Assembly (NCBI GenBank): GCA_963833125.1 | Contig: CAWHWX010000016.1 | Coordinates: forward strand, 192,001-256,000 | Reading direction: 5' to 3' | DNA from: Candidatus Bathyarchaeota archaeon | Lineage (GTDB): Archaea; Thermoproteota; Bathyarchaeia; 40CM-2-53-6 | Length of the DNA: 64,000 nt | Part shown: positions 40,706 to 50,789 of the stretch, in pieces | Layout of the letters: each line of letters starts with the position of its first letter | Numbering within the stretch: the first letter of the stretch is position 1 | Notes under the pieces: generated by a model | Databases searched by the model: none | Seen by the model: the letters and a program-made list of their open reading frames with translations, nothing else | Told to the model about the DNA's origin: nothing | Made by a program: the position numbers and the translations under genes

Positions 40706-42256
40706 TTGACACGCAAGTTGCCAATTCACTCCACTGTGTTCGTTAGAGAGGCAACCGGCCTGACTAAGCGGGTTTCATTATTCGATGCGGTCGCCATCAA
40801 CGTCAGCTACATGTCGGTCGGTCCAGCACTTGCCCTTGTAGGATACACTATGCTCGCTTTGCCAACTATCTCCGGAGTAAATTTGGTTCTGGGATCGGCA
40901 ATAGCGGCGATTCTAGCTGTCCCACAAGCAATCGTTTACACGATGCTCTCCAGACGAATCTCGAGGACTGGTGGAGATTACGTCTGGATTTCTAGATCGT
41001 TGGGAGGTTTTGTTGGAAGCATCATGACGTTTACGGGCATAACGCTTGAAACGATGCCCTATCTCGCCTTAATTGCATTGTCGGCGGTCTTTGCAATAGG
41101 TTCGATTGGGGTGGCGCTTGGATATTCCAACATGCTGGGGCTTGCCTTACCCGGAAATGTGTTGGGAGGCGACCCGCTCTCTCAATTCCTACTCGCATCT
41201 TCATTGTTGATAATTCTCATTGCGATCAATATCATAAGGCCCAGGATCGGTTTCAAGATAATCTCGATTTTCTGGGTAATTGGGATAATCGCGATGGCGG
41301 TTGCGACCCTCGCTCTACTCTATGCTGGGAAAGCCGGCGTAGAAAACTATGTTAACGGGTTAGGGATCGCGAATCTCACCTACACGTCCGTCGCGAACTC
41401 CTACTCTGGATCAACGTTCGATTTGCGGTCTACTCTACTCATGATGCCATACTTCGCATTGTTTACCTATCCCTGGTTCAACGCAGCTCCCTCGGTTGGC
41501 TCAGAGCTACAGGGAAAGGCCCCAAGGTGGAACGTTCCGATTTCGTTGGCCTTTGCATTCCTGATAGTCACAATCCCCTTTGCGGCCATGTACTATGCCG
41601 CAGGGTTTCCGTTCACAACCGCAGCCTTCGCTAATTCAGCTCTAGTTTACGACCATTCATTCAACTTCTGGACGCTTGCAATGGGAGTCTCCGGCAACTT
41701 TGCAGAGGCATTCCTGATCGGGCTCGGCTGGGTTGTGCTGACGGTAGCGATTCTCGCGTTCGGCATAATAACAATCTCAAGATACATGTTGGCGCAAGCT
41801 TTTGACAGATTCCTTCCTTCAAAGCTCGCATACGTCAGCCCAAAGTACGGTTCACCGATCGTAGCCCATCTGGTAGATCTTGTAGTAACAGTCGTCCTGA
41901 TCGGTTTGGCCGCCTTCCTCTACGGAACGATATCCTCACTTTACGGAGTTTTGGTCGCCTCGATGGTATACTTCGCCCTGGTGGGCATCGGCGCAGTAGT
42001 CTACGCATTCAGGAGGGAGAAGGGGTGGACGAAGTTTTCGCTCGCAACTGCCGGCGTGCTCCAAGCGCTTGTTTTCGCATACTTGACCTACGGATTTCTC
42101 GAGTACCCAAACATTTGGGGCGGCAACGAACTAGCTTACGGTTACATTGCGTTATCTCTCGCGCTATCCGTTGTGATTTACATCGTCGCCAGCTACCTGC
42201 GGTCAAGGGAAGGAATGAGCATCTCCTTAGCTTTCAAGGAGATCCCCCCAGAGTAG
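40706..42256 (+). CDS. APC-superfamily amino acid permease
   Basis: FVREATGL, RTGGDYVWISR, AFDRFLP, C-terminal FKEIPPE; about 12 TM helices. Confidence 0.88.
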   Translation: MTRKLPIHSTVFVREATGLTKRVSLFDAVAINVSYMSVGPALALVGYTMLALPTISGVNLVLGSAIAAILAVPQAIVYTMLSRRISRTGGDYVWISRSLGGFVGSIMTFTGITLETMPYLALIALSAVFAIGSIGVALGYSNMLGLALPGNVLGGDPLSQFLLASSLLIILIAINIIRPRIGFKIISIFWVIGIIAMAVATLALLYAGKAGVENYVNGLGIANLTYTSVANSYSGSTFDLRSTLLMMPYFALFTYPWFNAAPSVGSELQGKAPRWNVPISLAFAFLIVTIPFAAMYYAAGFPFTTAAFANSALVYDHSFNFWTLAMGVSGNFAEAFLIGLGWVVLTVAILAFGIITISRYMLAQAFDRFLPSKLAYVSPKYGSPIVAHLVDLVVTVVLIGLAAFLYGTISSLYGVLVASMVYFALVGIGAVVYAFRREKGWTKFSLATAGVLQALVFAYLTYGFLEYPNIWGGNELAYGYIALSLALSVVIYIVASYLRSREGMSISLAFKEIPPE

Positions 42257-42286
42257 GGTCTTTCACAACCTGCTCGATCGGTCGAA

Positions 42287-42994
42287 TCAAGTTGGCTTCG
42301 TTTTCCCTTCGTAAGGACACAGACTGTTGACGGGACATGTGGGGCAGAGAGGACGTTGGGCCTTGCATATTCTCCGGCCAAGAGCCATGAAATATAGAGG
42401 AACGAATCGATAGTCTACTTCGAGGAATTCTTGCATCAGCGCGGATCTAATTTCCTTATACCTGGCTTTTGGCGGTGCTAGACCGAGGCGTTTCGAGACT
42501 CGATCTACGTGTGTGTCAACAGAGATAGTTGGCCTGCCCCAAATGCTGAGCAGCACGTCTGCGGTCTTAGGGCCGACATTGGGCAATTCCTGAAGACGCT
42601 CACGTACTTGCTCGAAAGAACCGTCCAACGCTGAGGCGAAATTACCAGAATATTTATCGCCAACAACTCTCGCAAGTTGCTTCAGGGCTTTAGCCTTCTG
42701 TTTGTGCAGTCCTGCGACGTGGATTGCTTTCTCGATGGTTGGAACCCGCGCCTTGCTTAGGGCGGAAACCGAGACACCAACTCTCCGGTCTAAGATTTCG
42801 TACGCTCGGAGTGCGGCGACATCGGTGCAGTTCTGTGAGAGGATTGTGACAACTAGTACGCGGAAAGGATCACCGGATTCCTTAGCTACACGTGAAGCAG
42901 CAAAATCCTCTTCACGGATTGGTATGCTCCCGCGAAGTATCTTTAGGATTTGTTGGGCTCGCTTTTTATCCGCGACGAAGACGGTTTTGTCCAA
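42287..42994 (-). CDS. nth: Endonuclease III (HhH-GPD, 4Fe-4S)
   Basis: ILSQNCTD, LPNVGPKTA, VDTHV, C-x6-CxxC-x5-C. Confidence 0.92.
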   Translation of the reverse strand: MDKTVFVADKKRAQQILKILRGSIPIREEDFAASRVAKESGDPFRVLVVTILSQNCTDVAALRAYEILDRRVGVSVSALSKARVPTIEKAIHVAGLHKQKAKALKQLARVVGDKYSGNFASALDGSFEQVRERLQELPNVGPKTADVLLSIWGRPTISVDTHVDRVSKRLGLAPPKARYKEIRSALMQEFLEVDYRFVPLYFMALGRRICKAQRPLCPTCPVNSLCPYEGKTKPT

Positions 42995-43006
42995 CTTTTG
43001 TATTCT

Positions 43007-43351
43007 TCACGCCAACGCATTCGCGATCAGGATTGTTCTCGTCCCATAAATTAGCAATAAGATGCCTGCGACGGAGAGTATCCATGTAACTCCACGTTCC
43101 CAGTTTGTGCCTTGGTGGAACTCTATCAAAATGATCCTGACTCCGTTCAGTGCGTGGTAGTCCACGAAGAGCAGCAGTAGCTCAAGCGTGATTGCTAGTA
43201 GGATGTTTCTGTAGACCATTATCACGCTGCTAAAGGCGAGGTTCTGGAGGTAAGAGCCTGTAAGGAAGACGGTGAATAGGTGTACTCCTCCAGCTACGAG
43301 GATTCCTAGGCCTGTCGCGTAATGGAGAAGCATCCTAGTGGATTCTTTCAT
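43007..43351 (-). CDS. sdhD: Succinate dehydrogenase/fumarate reductase hydrophobic anchor (SdhD-like)
   Basis: LLHYATG, VHL, YHALNGVRIIL; 3 TM helices. Confidence 0.78.
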   Translation of the reverse strand: MKESTRMLLHYATGLGILVAGGVHLFTVFLTGSYLQNLAFSSVIMVYRNILLAITLELLLLFVDYHALNGVRIILIEFHQGTNWERGVTWILSVAGILLLIYGTRTILIANALA

Positions 43352-43354
43352 GTC

Positions 43355-43864
43355 CTATACCCCAAAGAAAACGTTCAACGCATATACTGCAGTTGCAGTC
43401 GCGAACACAACGCTTAGCCAGAAAATCGCTCGTTGAGCTTTGGAAAATGACTTCGGTTCGTAGGGAAAGTCCGGGCGTGAGGGTTTACCTTGCAAGAGCC
43501 CAAACTCGGCGAGCGTTAGCCTGATCCCGTTTATGGTGTGATAGGCAAGCATGAAGCCAATAACGATGAGTCCCGTGTCGAAGAACGGGTTTTCTAGGAA
43601 ATGGAACGTTGCGGTCCAAATTGCGCTCGCAAAATCTTGGGACGGAACACTCCAAACGCTCAGACCGCCTACAACGTTTCCCGTCTCGACGATATGAGCC
43701 AAGAAGTAGGCTGTTACAGCGATGCCCGATATTCGTTGGAGCGCATAAGCCCACCTTTCAAGATTGTAGTGAACTGGATAGAACCAACCAAAGATAGCTC
43801 TCTTGAGTTCTTCTGGTAGGCCCACCGTCATCAACACGACCCTTAAGCGGCTGTCACGGAGCAT
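43355..43864 (-). CDS. sdhC: Succinate dehydrogenase cytochrome b subunit (SdhC-like)
   Basis: WAYALQRISG, FLAHI, YHTINGIRL. Confidence 0.8.
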   Translation of the reverse strand: MLRDSRLRVVLMTVGLPEELKRAIFGWFYPVHYNLERWAYALQRISGIAVTAYFLAHIVETGNVVGGLSVWSVPSQDFASAIWTATFHFLENPFFDTGLIVIGFMLAYHTINGIRLTLAEFGLLQGKPSRPDFPYEPKSFSKAQRAIFWLSVVFATATAVYALNVFFGV

Positions 43865-43899
43865 ATCGAGGTTGAAGAAAAATCCTTCTGGCTGTTGTT

Positions 43900-44508
43900 T
43901 TAAACCGGTATTGACCCGAGGCCTCGGTGTCGTTGGTGTTTTCCGCCTTGGCCTTTGAAGCGCTCCTCATCCCAAATATTACCTCGCTCGTGGTAGTTGT
44001 AGGCTTCCCAGTATCCGTCTTCGTATTCAGCTAGGAATTCGATTCCCGTTAGCCACTTTGCGCTTTTCCAGCCGTAAAGCTGCGGGATGAACGGCCGCGC
44101 AGGGAAGCCTTGTTGGACTGGGATCGGTTTACCGTTCATCTTGAATGCGATCAGAGAGTCCTCGACCATAGCATCCTCTAAAGGCACAGGGGCATCGTAA
44201 CCATCTGCGCAGTGAAACATTACCCACTTCGCCTCAGGCTTAACACCCGTCAGTTTCGCTACTTCCCTAAACGCAACTCCTTCCCAAACAACATCCTTGA
44301 TGCTCCACGTTGTAACGCAGTGGAAATCTCTCGTAAGTTTCACTTGAGGCATCTTTTGAAAGTCTTCGAAACTTAGGCTAAGTTGTTTCTCGACGAGTCC
44401 GTTGGTGGTTAAGCGCCAAGATTTGAGATCAACCTCGGGAACTCCGAGGGCTGCATAGATGGCCCACCGTTTCGCAAACGTCTGCCCAGGAGGGACGGTT
44501 GCTTGCAC
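43900..44508 (-). CDS. Sulfite-oxidase-family molybdopterin oxidoreductase (YuiH-like, no signal peptide)
   Basis: [33 protein letters not shown]. Confidence 0.9.
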   Translation of the reverse strand: MQATVPPGQTFAKRWAIYAALGVPEVDLKSWRLTTNGLVEKQLSLSFEDFQKMPQVKLTRDFHCVTTWSIKDVVWEGVAFREVAKLTGVKPEAKWVMFHCADGYDAPVPLEDAMVEDSLIAFKMNGKPIPVQQGFPARPFIPQLYGWKSAKWLTGIEFLAEYEDGYWEAYNYHERGNIWDEERFKGQGGKHQRHRGLGSIPV

Positions 44509-44673
44509 ATCTTGCGCCTCTAAGAACCAAAACCAGCGAGTCGGCTAAAAAGGGTACCTCGAACCGAAACCGAGATTCACTGAATATATGATTACTCGGA
44601 ATATGCACTTCTTTCATCAGTAAGTTTGAATGACCTTTAATCCGAATTCGAGCTTGTACTAGACGGATGGAAC

Positions 44674-45223
44674 ATGCGAATCGTAGATCTATCCAACGCT
44701 GCACTCGTTAGATCAATTTGCCAAAGACTCGCACACGGGTACGCATCTCGACGCCCCTGCCTACTTGTTGAAGAATCAGAAGAAAATCAATGACTTCAGA
44801 TTGGAGTCCTTCTTTTCCGACGCGGTTATTCTTGATTTAGGCCACGTGAACCCTGGTGAGGCTGTAGATGACGAGGATTTGGAGGCGGCTGAGGAGGCGG
44901 CTGGATTAGCATTGCGGGAGGGAGAAGTTGCTATTGTCTATACTGGCGGCGTCGTTAAGCCCCACGCATATCTCAGCGAGAACGCCGCTCAATATCTTGA
45001 GTTTAAGCGGGTTGGAATGGTCGGGATAGACGCTCCTAGCATTGACAATCCAATATCCACCGATTTGCCTGCGCACCGAACACTGTTAAGCAGAGGGATT
45101 CTGGTTTTGGAGGGGTTATGTAATCTCGGAGAGGTAGACGTCCCGAGGTTCAGATTTGCAGCATTTCCGTTGAAGGTGAACGCATCGACTTCTCCGGTAC
45201 GTGCGTTAGCTATTCTTGAATGA
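44674..45223 (+). CDS. Cyclase/kynurenine-formamidase family protein (frameshift; short N-terminus)
   Basis: MRIVDLS start, HTGTHLDAP in another frame, VGIDAPSID, AH..LL, EGLCNL, SPVRA. Confidence 0.78.
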
Positions 45224-45243
45224 GTTCCTTCGCGGTTACGTGA

Positions 45244-46135
45244 TTATTGGTTGTAGTATGATCCGTAGCCCATGTTGGCTGCGATTTGGTGCAGCCTTGC
45301 AATCCTCTTCTCCGTTCTTGGGTGAGTTGAGAAAAGTTGTGCGAACGTGGAGCCCCTGAAAGGGTTGATGATGTAGAGGGATGATAGTGCTGGATTTGCG
45401 TTGGTGTTAGGCCTCCGGTTTCTAGCCTGATACTCGATCTTCTCAAGCGCACTTGCTAATGCTAAAGGCTTCCCTGATAGTTTGGCCCCGCCTTCGTCGG
45501 CGGCGTATTCGCGCGTGCGTGAAACTGCGAGTTGGACTAGCATGGCGGCGAGTGGTGCTAGGATTAGCATGAACAGTAATCCAAGCAAACTGCCCCCTTG
45601 CCGATTCCTGCCAGTCGACCCACTTCCGTATCCGAACGCTCCGCCAAAGAGCCATCCCCATTGGGCGAGGTACGTGATGGCACCTGCGACCGTGGCTGCG
45701 ATAGTCATGGTTAATGTGTCCCAGTGCCTGACGTGGTTCAATTCGTGGGCAAGCACTCCCTCTAACTCCTCGTCGTTAACTATGCTTAAGAGGCCTGTAT
45801 GGACTGCGACCGTTGCGTGGCTCGGGCTTCGACCCGTTGCGAATGCGTTCGGCACCGGGCTGTTGACAAGTGCAACCTTCGGCATGGGTGTTCCAGAGGC
45901 CGCGTTGAGCTTTCGAAGAGCTGCGTAAACGCGCGGAGCCTCTTCCTCGCCAACAACCTTCGCGTCGGCCCATGCGGAGGACCAGGCGATCGCTGAACCA
46001 ATAGATTACCAGATTCATGATTGCGGCGAAGCCCAAAGCCACGATTGGGTCGAGTCCCATGAAGTAAGCGACAGCGAACAGTATGCCCGTTAGGATACCG
46101 ACCAAGAGCGTTGTCTTGATGAAAGTCCAAACCAT
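45244..46135 (-). CDS. htpX: Membrane Zn protease HtpX (frameshifts near 45900-45970)
   Basis: PNAFATG, LAHELNH, SRTREYAAD, FSTHP. Confidence 0.93.
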
Positions 46136-46156
46136 CTCTAACTCACCATGCGTTTT

Positions 46157-46171
46157 GTTACCTCAAGTAAC
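46157..46171. promoter_or_regulatory. Putative heat-shock operator GTTAC-N5-GTAAC upstream of htpX
   Basis: TTTGTTAC-CTCAA-GTAACAAA 8-bp inverted repeat just downstream of the minus-strand TATA TTTATA (46179-46184). Confidence 0.72.
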
Positions 46172-46289
46172 AAACTAGTATAAATTCTTACCGCCGTGGG
46201 CATTTGTGCGTTTTCGGGACACCCGACCCTCGCGGGGCTTTGCAAGGCGGGACATGTGTTAATAAGAACGGCTTAGGGCGTGTTTTCAC

Positions 46290-47119
46290 ATGCGACATTC
46301 CCGACTTTTGCTCTTTCTCGGTTCGGTTGTGGTCGCTATCATAACTGTAACATTTTGGGGTTTAACTCAACTGCTACCTCAACCAACGCAGTTTGATTCT
46401 AAACGAAACCCTCGGGCACTTGGCGTATCCGATGTTTCTCTTGTTTACCTAGTAATTGACTTAGCATTAGCGGCTTCTGTTAGTCATCATAGTAATAATG
46501 GTAGGAGTATTTCTTTTAGACCGACGAAAGAAACCCGTTCCCCTGCACTACGATTATGTTATCAGTCTAACTCAAGAGGCCGAAGAAACCAAGATGCACG
46601 AAATTCAGGTCAGATTACCTTCAGGTGAGTTCGTAAAAAGACAAGCATACTTCTTCGTGGTAAGAATTGGAGTACCTATAGGCGCTGAAACTGCGCAAGA
46701 CATTAAGCTGCTATATAGGCATCCTAAATCGAACGAACTATTTGAATTACAAAAAATCCCAACAACGGGTGTACCGCATATCATCGTCCAATGGACCAGT
46801 CCGCAGGGGTTTCTAGTCAATGTACCCGAGCAATTTGCTACCGCCCTCTTAGATGCGAAGGAGGTGAAAGATAGAACACATGAACCTAACCTCTGGTGAA
46901 AGCCATGCCAGTTTAGTACCTCTAGTTCTCTTCTTCACGGTTCGTGATTATGATGCGGTTTGCTTTCCTACAGTTTACAGAAAGGCATACGTCATACCGC
47001 AGAAATTCGAAACAGAATTGTATATTGAGGCAAAGGGAAAGCAAAACCTGTTGACAAGACTAGAAATCGATGCTCAGAGATGGGATCATGTTGCCGTGAG
47101 CGACGACATTGAATCCTAA
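46290..47119 (+). CDS. Hypothetical membrane protein(s), AT-richer; probably one frameshifted gene or two genes
   Basis: Overlapping ORFs 46290-46628, 46498-46899 and 46880-47119; N-terminal TM helices; no recognised family. Confidence 0.45.
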
Positions 47120-47124
47120 AGGAA

Positions 47125-47695
47125 TTACTGCAGATGTGAGTTAGATGCTGCTTTTGTTTTGAAATATTCTCCCAATACGGCTCTAACTGCTTCGGGTATT
47201 GATTCTAGTTTTCGTGCTTTTCGTTCTTGGTCTAGCTTGTTCAGTGACTTAGTGGGTAGTTTCGGGCTTCTTCTGATCACGCCGTATGCGATTATCGTGA
47301 GGATTGCGAGTAACGATAGGCCGTAGGGATATTCAGGTATCGAGGCGGATATGACTGTGAAGTTCACGCAGTCGGCGGGAGTGATGCCGTCAGTTACGCT
47401 GTAGGAACCAGCTCCCAGCCCGGGAACGGTCAAACTGTAAGGTGTACCAGCGCCACTGATGGAAAAATCGAAAACCACTGTACCCGAACTGCAGTTTGAC
47501 CCGACATATATGACCACATGAGTGCTGCAGCCACTGATCCCACTGATATTGAATGCATGTTCCCGCCGTTGGCGGGTTAGGTGTTATCGCCGGAGTACAA
47601 CCAGCCTTTGAGGGGCTTACGGTCGCTAAGAAGAGGGTCAAGACAAGGGCGACAAATACCGTGACCAGTACGGCCCTCCGGACCAAGCCCTCCAC
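47125..47695 (-). CDS. Small secreted protein with IPEYP-TM-RR tail, extended by an RHH-like segment (frameshift near 47557)
   Basis: Signal peptide, beta-rich domain, IPEYPYGLSLLAILTIIAYGVIRR, then LPTKSLNKLDQERKARKLESIPEAVRAVLGEYFK. Confidence 0.65.
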
Positions 47696-47803
47696 CTAGC
47701 CTTCGTACTTCAAATGAGAAATATATAGACGAATATTGTGCGAAGAAAGGCTCTTGAGATACCTCCCCTAGAACAATACCTTGGGAGGATTAGACCGGTA
47801 GAA

Positions 47804-48629
47804 TTGGGCTGTTGGTCGCGAAGCAAGAAGAGCTTCTATCTTGCTATTCTATTCTTCATGGTATTCTTCGACGGCCCCAATTGTTCAAGCGCGTCCGCAG
47901 TCTCAGTATTGGATCCCAACTTTCGGGGCCAGTTGGCCGAGTCCGTTGATCTATGTCCGGATACCTTCAACGCCAACAGTTGCACATGACCTTGTCGTGA
48001 AAGCGATTACGATTTGGAATCAGGCGCAAGCGTGGTTTAAGGCGAGTTATTTTCCAAATGGAAAAACCTACACGTTTGCTATAGGAAACGGGCCATCGTA
48101 TGTCTGGGTCGAGTTCACCGATTATTGGACAGTCAGCAACTACTGCACTTCATCGCCCTTGGGCGTTGACGGTTGCACTCACATCCGCTGGGATGACTCC
48201 AATAACATTACCCGCGCCGTGGTCTTCCTTGATACAAGCCTCCTAACCTATCAAGGCACCAAATATGATCCTCTGTTCTTGGTTCTACACGAATTCGGAC
48301 ATGCCCTTGGCCTAACGGATTATCCATCCTCCCTATCATGCCCGTTCCAAGATTTGTTGTGTCTGTATTACCCAAACGAGTTTCCGTCCACGCTTGATCT
48401 CTATGGATTGCATCAACTTGCTGGAGGAAACCGGGAGACAGATGTCCTTCTACCTTCAACTGTGCCGTACGCTTACTATATGTCGACAATCGGATCCAAA
48501 GCGACAATTATGCCGATGACTCAAGAGAGTGAACCGCTGCCTGTTCCGAGATTCACACTCGCGGTCATCGTTACAATCGGATGGGTAGTCCTCTTGTGCT
48601 TGAATTTCAGGAGACGGCGAGAAGACTAA
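47804..48629 (+). CDS. Secreted matrixin-like metzincin protease with C-terminal TM
   Basis: KAITIWN, HEFGHALGL, STLD; signal peptide appears to span a frameshift. Confidence 0.78.
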
Positions 48630-48725
48630 GAACTCGCCAAATAAGAGAATACTGTGCTCGTCTACATGCCTTCAACTCGATGAGGCTAAGTCTTTCGCTG
48701 TTAGCGTTGCGGTAGGAGAGAAATA

Positions 48726-49665
48726 ATGGCCAAGTCGGAAAAAGAAGTTGTCAAGTCTTAAAGCTTGCAGCGCAACATCGTGCCCAGAATAATCTAAACG
48801 ATCTGACCAACGTAGAATGGTTGACGTTCACTAAGAGCGTTTGGCAAAGCCGTCCCCCTCCTCGAGATGAACTGAAGGAGCAACATCCAGCAACTTTCGC
48901 AGAGAACGACATCGAGAAACTAGTTCTCTTTTTCACTAAAAAGGGAGGAAGGGTCCTGGACCCATTCTCGGGATCTGGATCGACACTGATTGCCTGCCTT
49001 AACACGGGCCGCGGGGGGCTAGGAGTAGAGCTGGTCGACAATTGGATAACCTTGAGTAAGCAACGACTTGAGCGGGCGAAGGAAACCATCGAGTCCGTCC
49101 CGATTAAGCCAACGGAACTTGTTCGAGATAGCACGGAACCGCTCAGGCAGCCAAATCTTGAAATCATCCAAGGGGACTCGCGCTCTGTTCTGAAGAAGAT
49201 AGGGTCTGCAATCCTTCGACTTCGTCGTTACAAGTCCACCATACTGGGCAATACTCACGAAGGCGAGAGATCACAAATCTAAGCGGGAGAGACTGAGTAA
49301 AGGGCTTCCCACCAAGTACAGCGAAGATAAACGCGATCTGGGCAATGCCCCAAGTTATCGTGAGCTTTCTAAATGAGCTGGCGAAGGTTTTTGGTGAATG
49401 CTATCGAGTGCTTAAGAATGGAAAGTATATGGTGGTCGTCGTTTCGGATTTTAGGCACGGTTCAAGGTTTGTTCCATTCCACAATGACTTGTCTGAGGCT
49501 GTTCGGAGCGTTGGTTTCAGCTTGGAAGGGATCACGATTCTAGTTCAGGACAGCAAGAACCTCTACCCATACGGGATGCCCTACGCCTACGTCTCCAACA
49601 TCCACCATCAGTACATCCTCATCTTCCGGAAGCAAATGAAGAAGTCCGGTTCTAACGGTGAGTGA
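48726..49665 (+). CDS. Orphan N4-C/N6-A DNA methyltransferase (several frameshifts)
   Basis: HPATF, VLDPFSGSGSTL (motif I), FDFVVTSPPYW (motif IV, alternate frame), HQYILIF. Confidence 0.82.
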
Positions 49666-50627
49666 TTATTCGTTCCGTTTCCTGGTAAACTGCCAACCCT
49701 TCCTTCGGGTTGGACCGAATGTTCACGAAAGCCGCTCATGATCTTCCGCGTGATCGGTCCAACCTTACCGTCGCCAACTTCGATGCCCCTGACTTTCACT
49801 AATGGCACGATTTCGGATAAAGTGCCGGTGAGAAATGCTTCATCAGCATTCGTTACATCAAAGGGGGTTAGACCCTTCTCAATCACTCTGTAACCTAGAT
49901 CCTTGGCGAGATGTATGATTCGTTTCCTCGTGACGCCTTGAAGAATGCCTGAGGTCGAGGGTGGGGTGAAGATGTCGCCGTCCTTTGCTATGAATAGGTT
50001 TGTTGTTGTTGCTTCAGAAACGAATCCTTGCCTATCTAGCATCAGGGCGTCGTCTGCGCCAGCATCCGTTGCCTCAAGTTTAGCTAATACGCTGTTGAGG
50101 TAGTTGAGGGATTTTATTTCGTGAGTTGTTGCATCGACCGCATCGCGTCGTACGGATGAGATGATGACTGAGATCCCTTTTTGTTTCGTGATGACACCAA
50201 ATGATGGGTCTACGGGTTCGGTGATGATGATGGTTGAGGCTCTCTTGCATTTCCTTGGATCTACGCCCAAGTCGCCTGTTCCCCTCGTAACAACCAACCT
50301 GATGTAGGCGTCCTTCAGGGAGTTGCGCTTTATCGTCTCGACAACAGCAGCCGTCATATCTTGAGGTGTGAGAGGTATGTTGAGTTTTATGGATTTGGCG
50401 GAGCTGTAGAGTCGGTCTAGGTGTTCTTTGAATTGGAAGATGACGCCGTTGTAGACTCGAATTCCTTCGAAGACGCCATCCCCATAGAGCATGCCGTGGT
50501 CGAAGACTGAAATTGAGGCCCTCGACTTCGGGGACCATTCCCCGTCTACGTAGACTACGAGTTCCTTAGTGACCAATCTGGGTCCCGGCGGTTTGGGTTT
50601 GGGGACGATATAAAACGGTTCCCCCAT
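49652..50627 (-). CDS. ilvE: Branched-chain amino acid aminotransferase (frameshift near 49730)
   Basis: YGDGVFEG, IKSLNY, ILQGVTR, DEAFLTGT. Confidence 0.92.
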
Positions 50628-50789
50628 CCTATTTCAGAAACTGACGGGTTTGAGTGACTAACGGGCGCTGGGTTACCGCAAAATGTATACCTTGCGGTAA
50701 ACATTCGTTTGAATGAGGCACTTTTGACTTGAGGCATGTTCGCACAAGCGGCTCAGGAGTCGTCGCTAACGGAATTCAAGCATTCAGCC

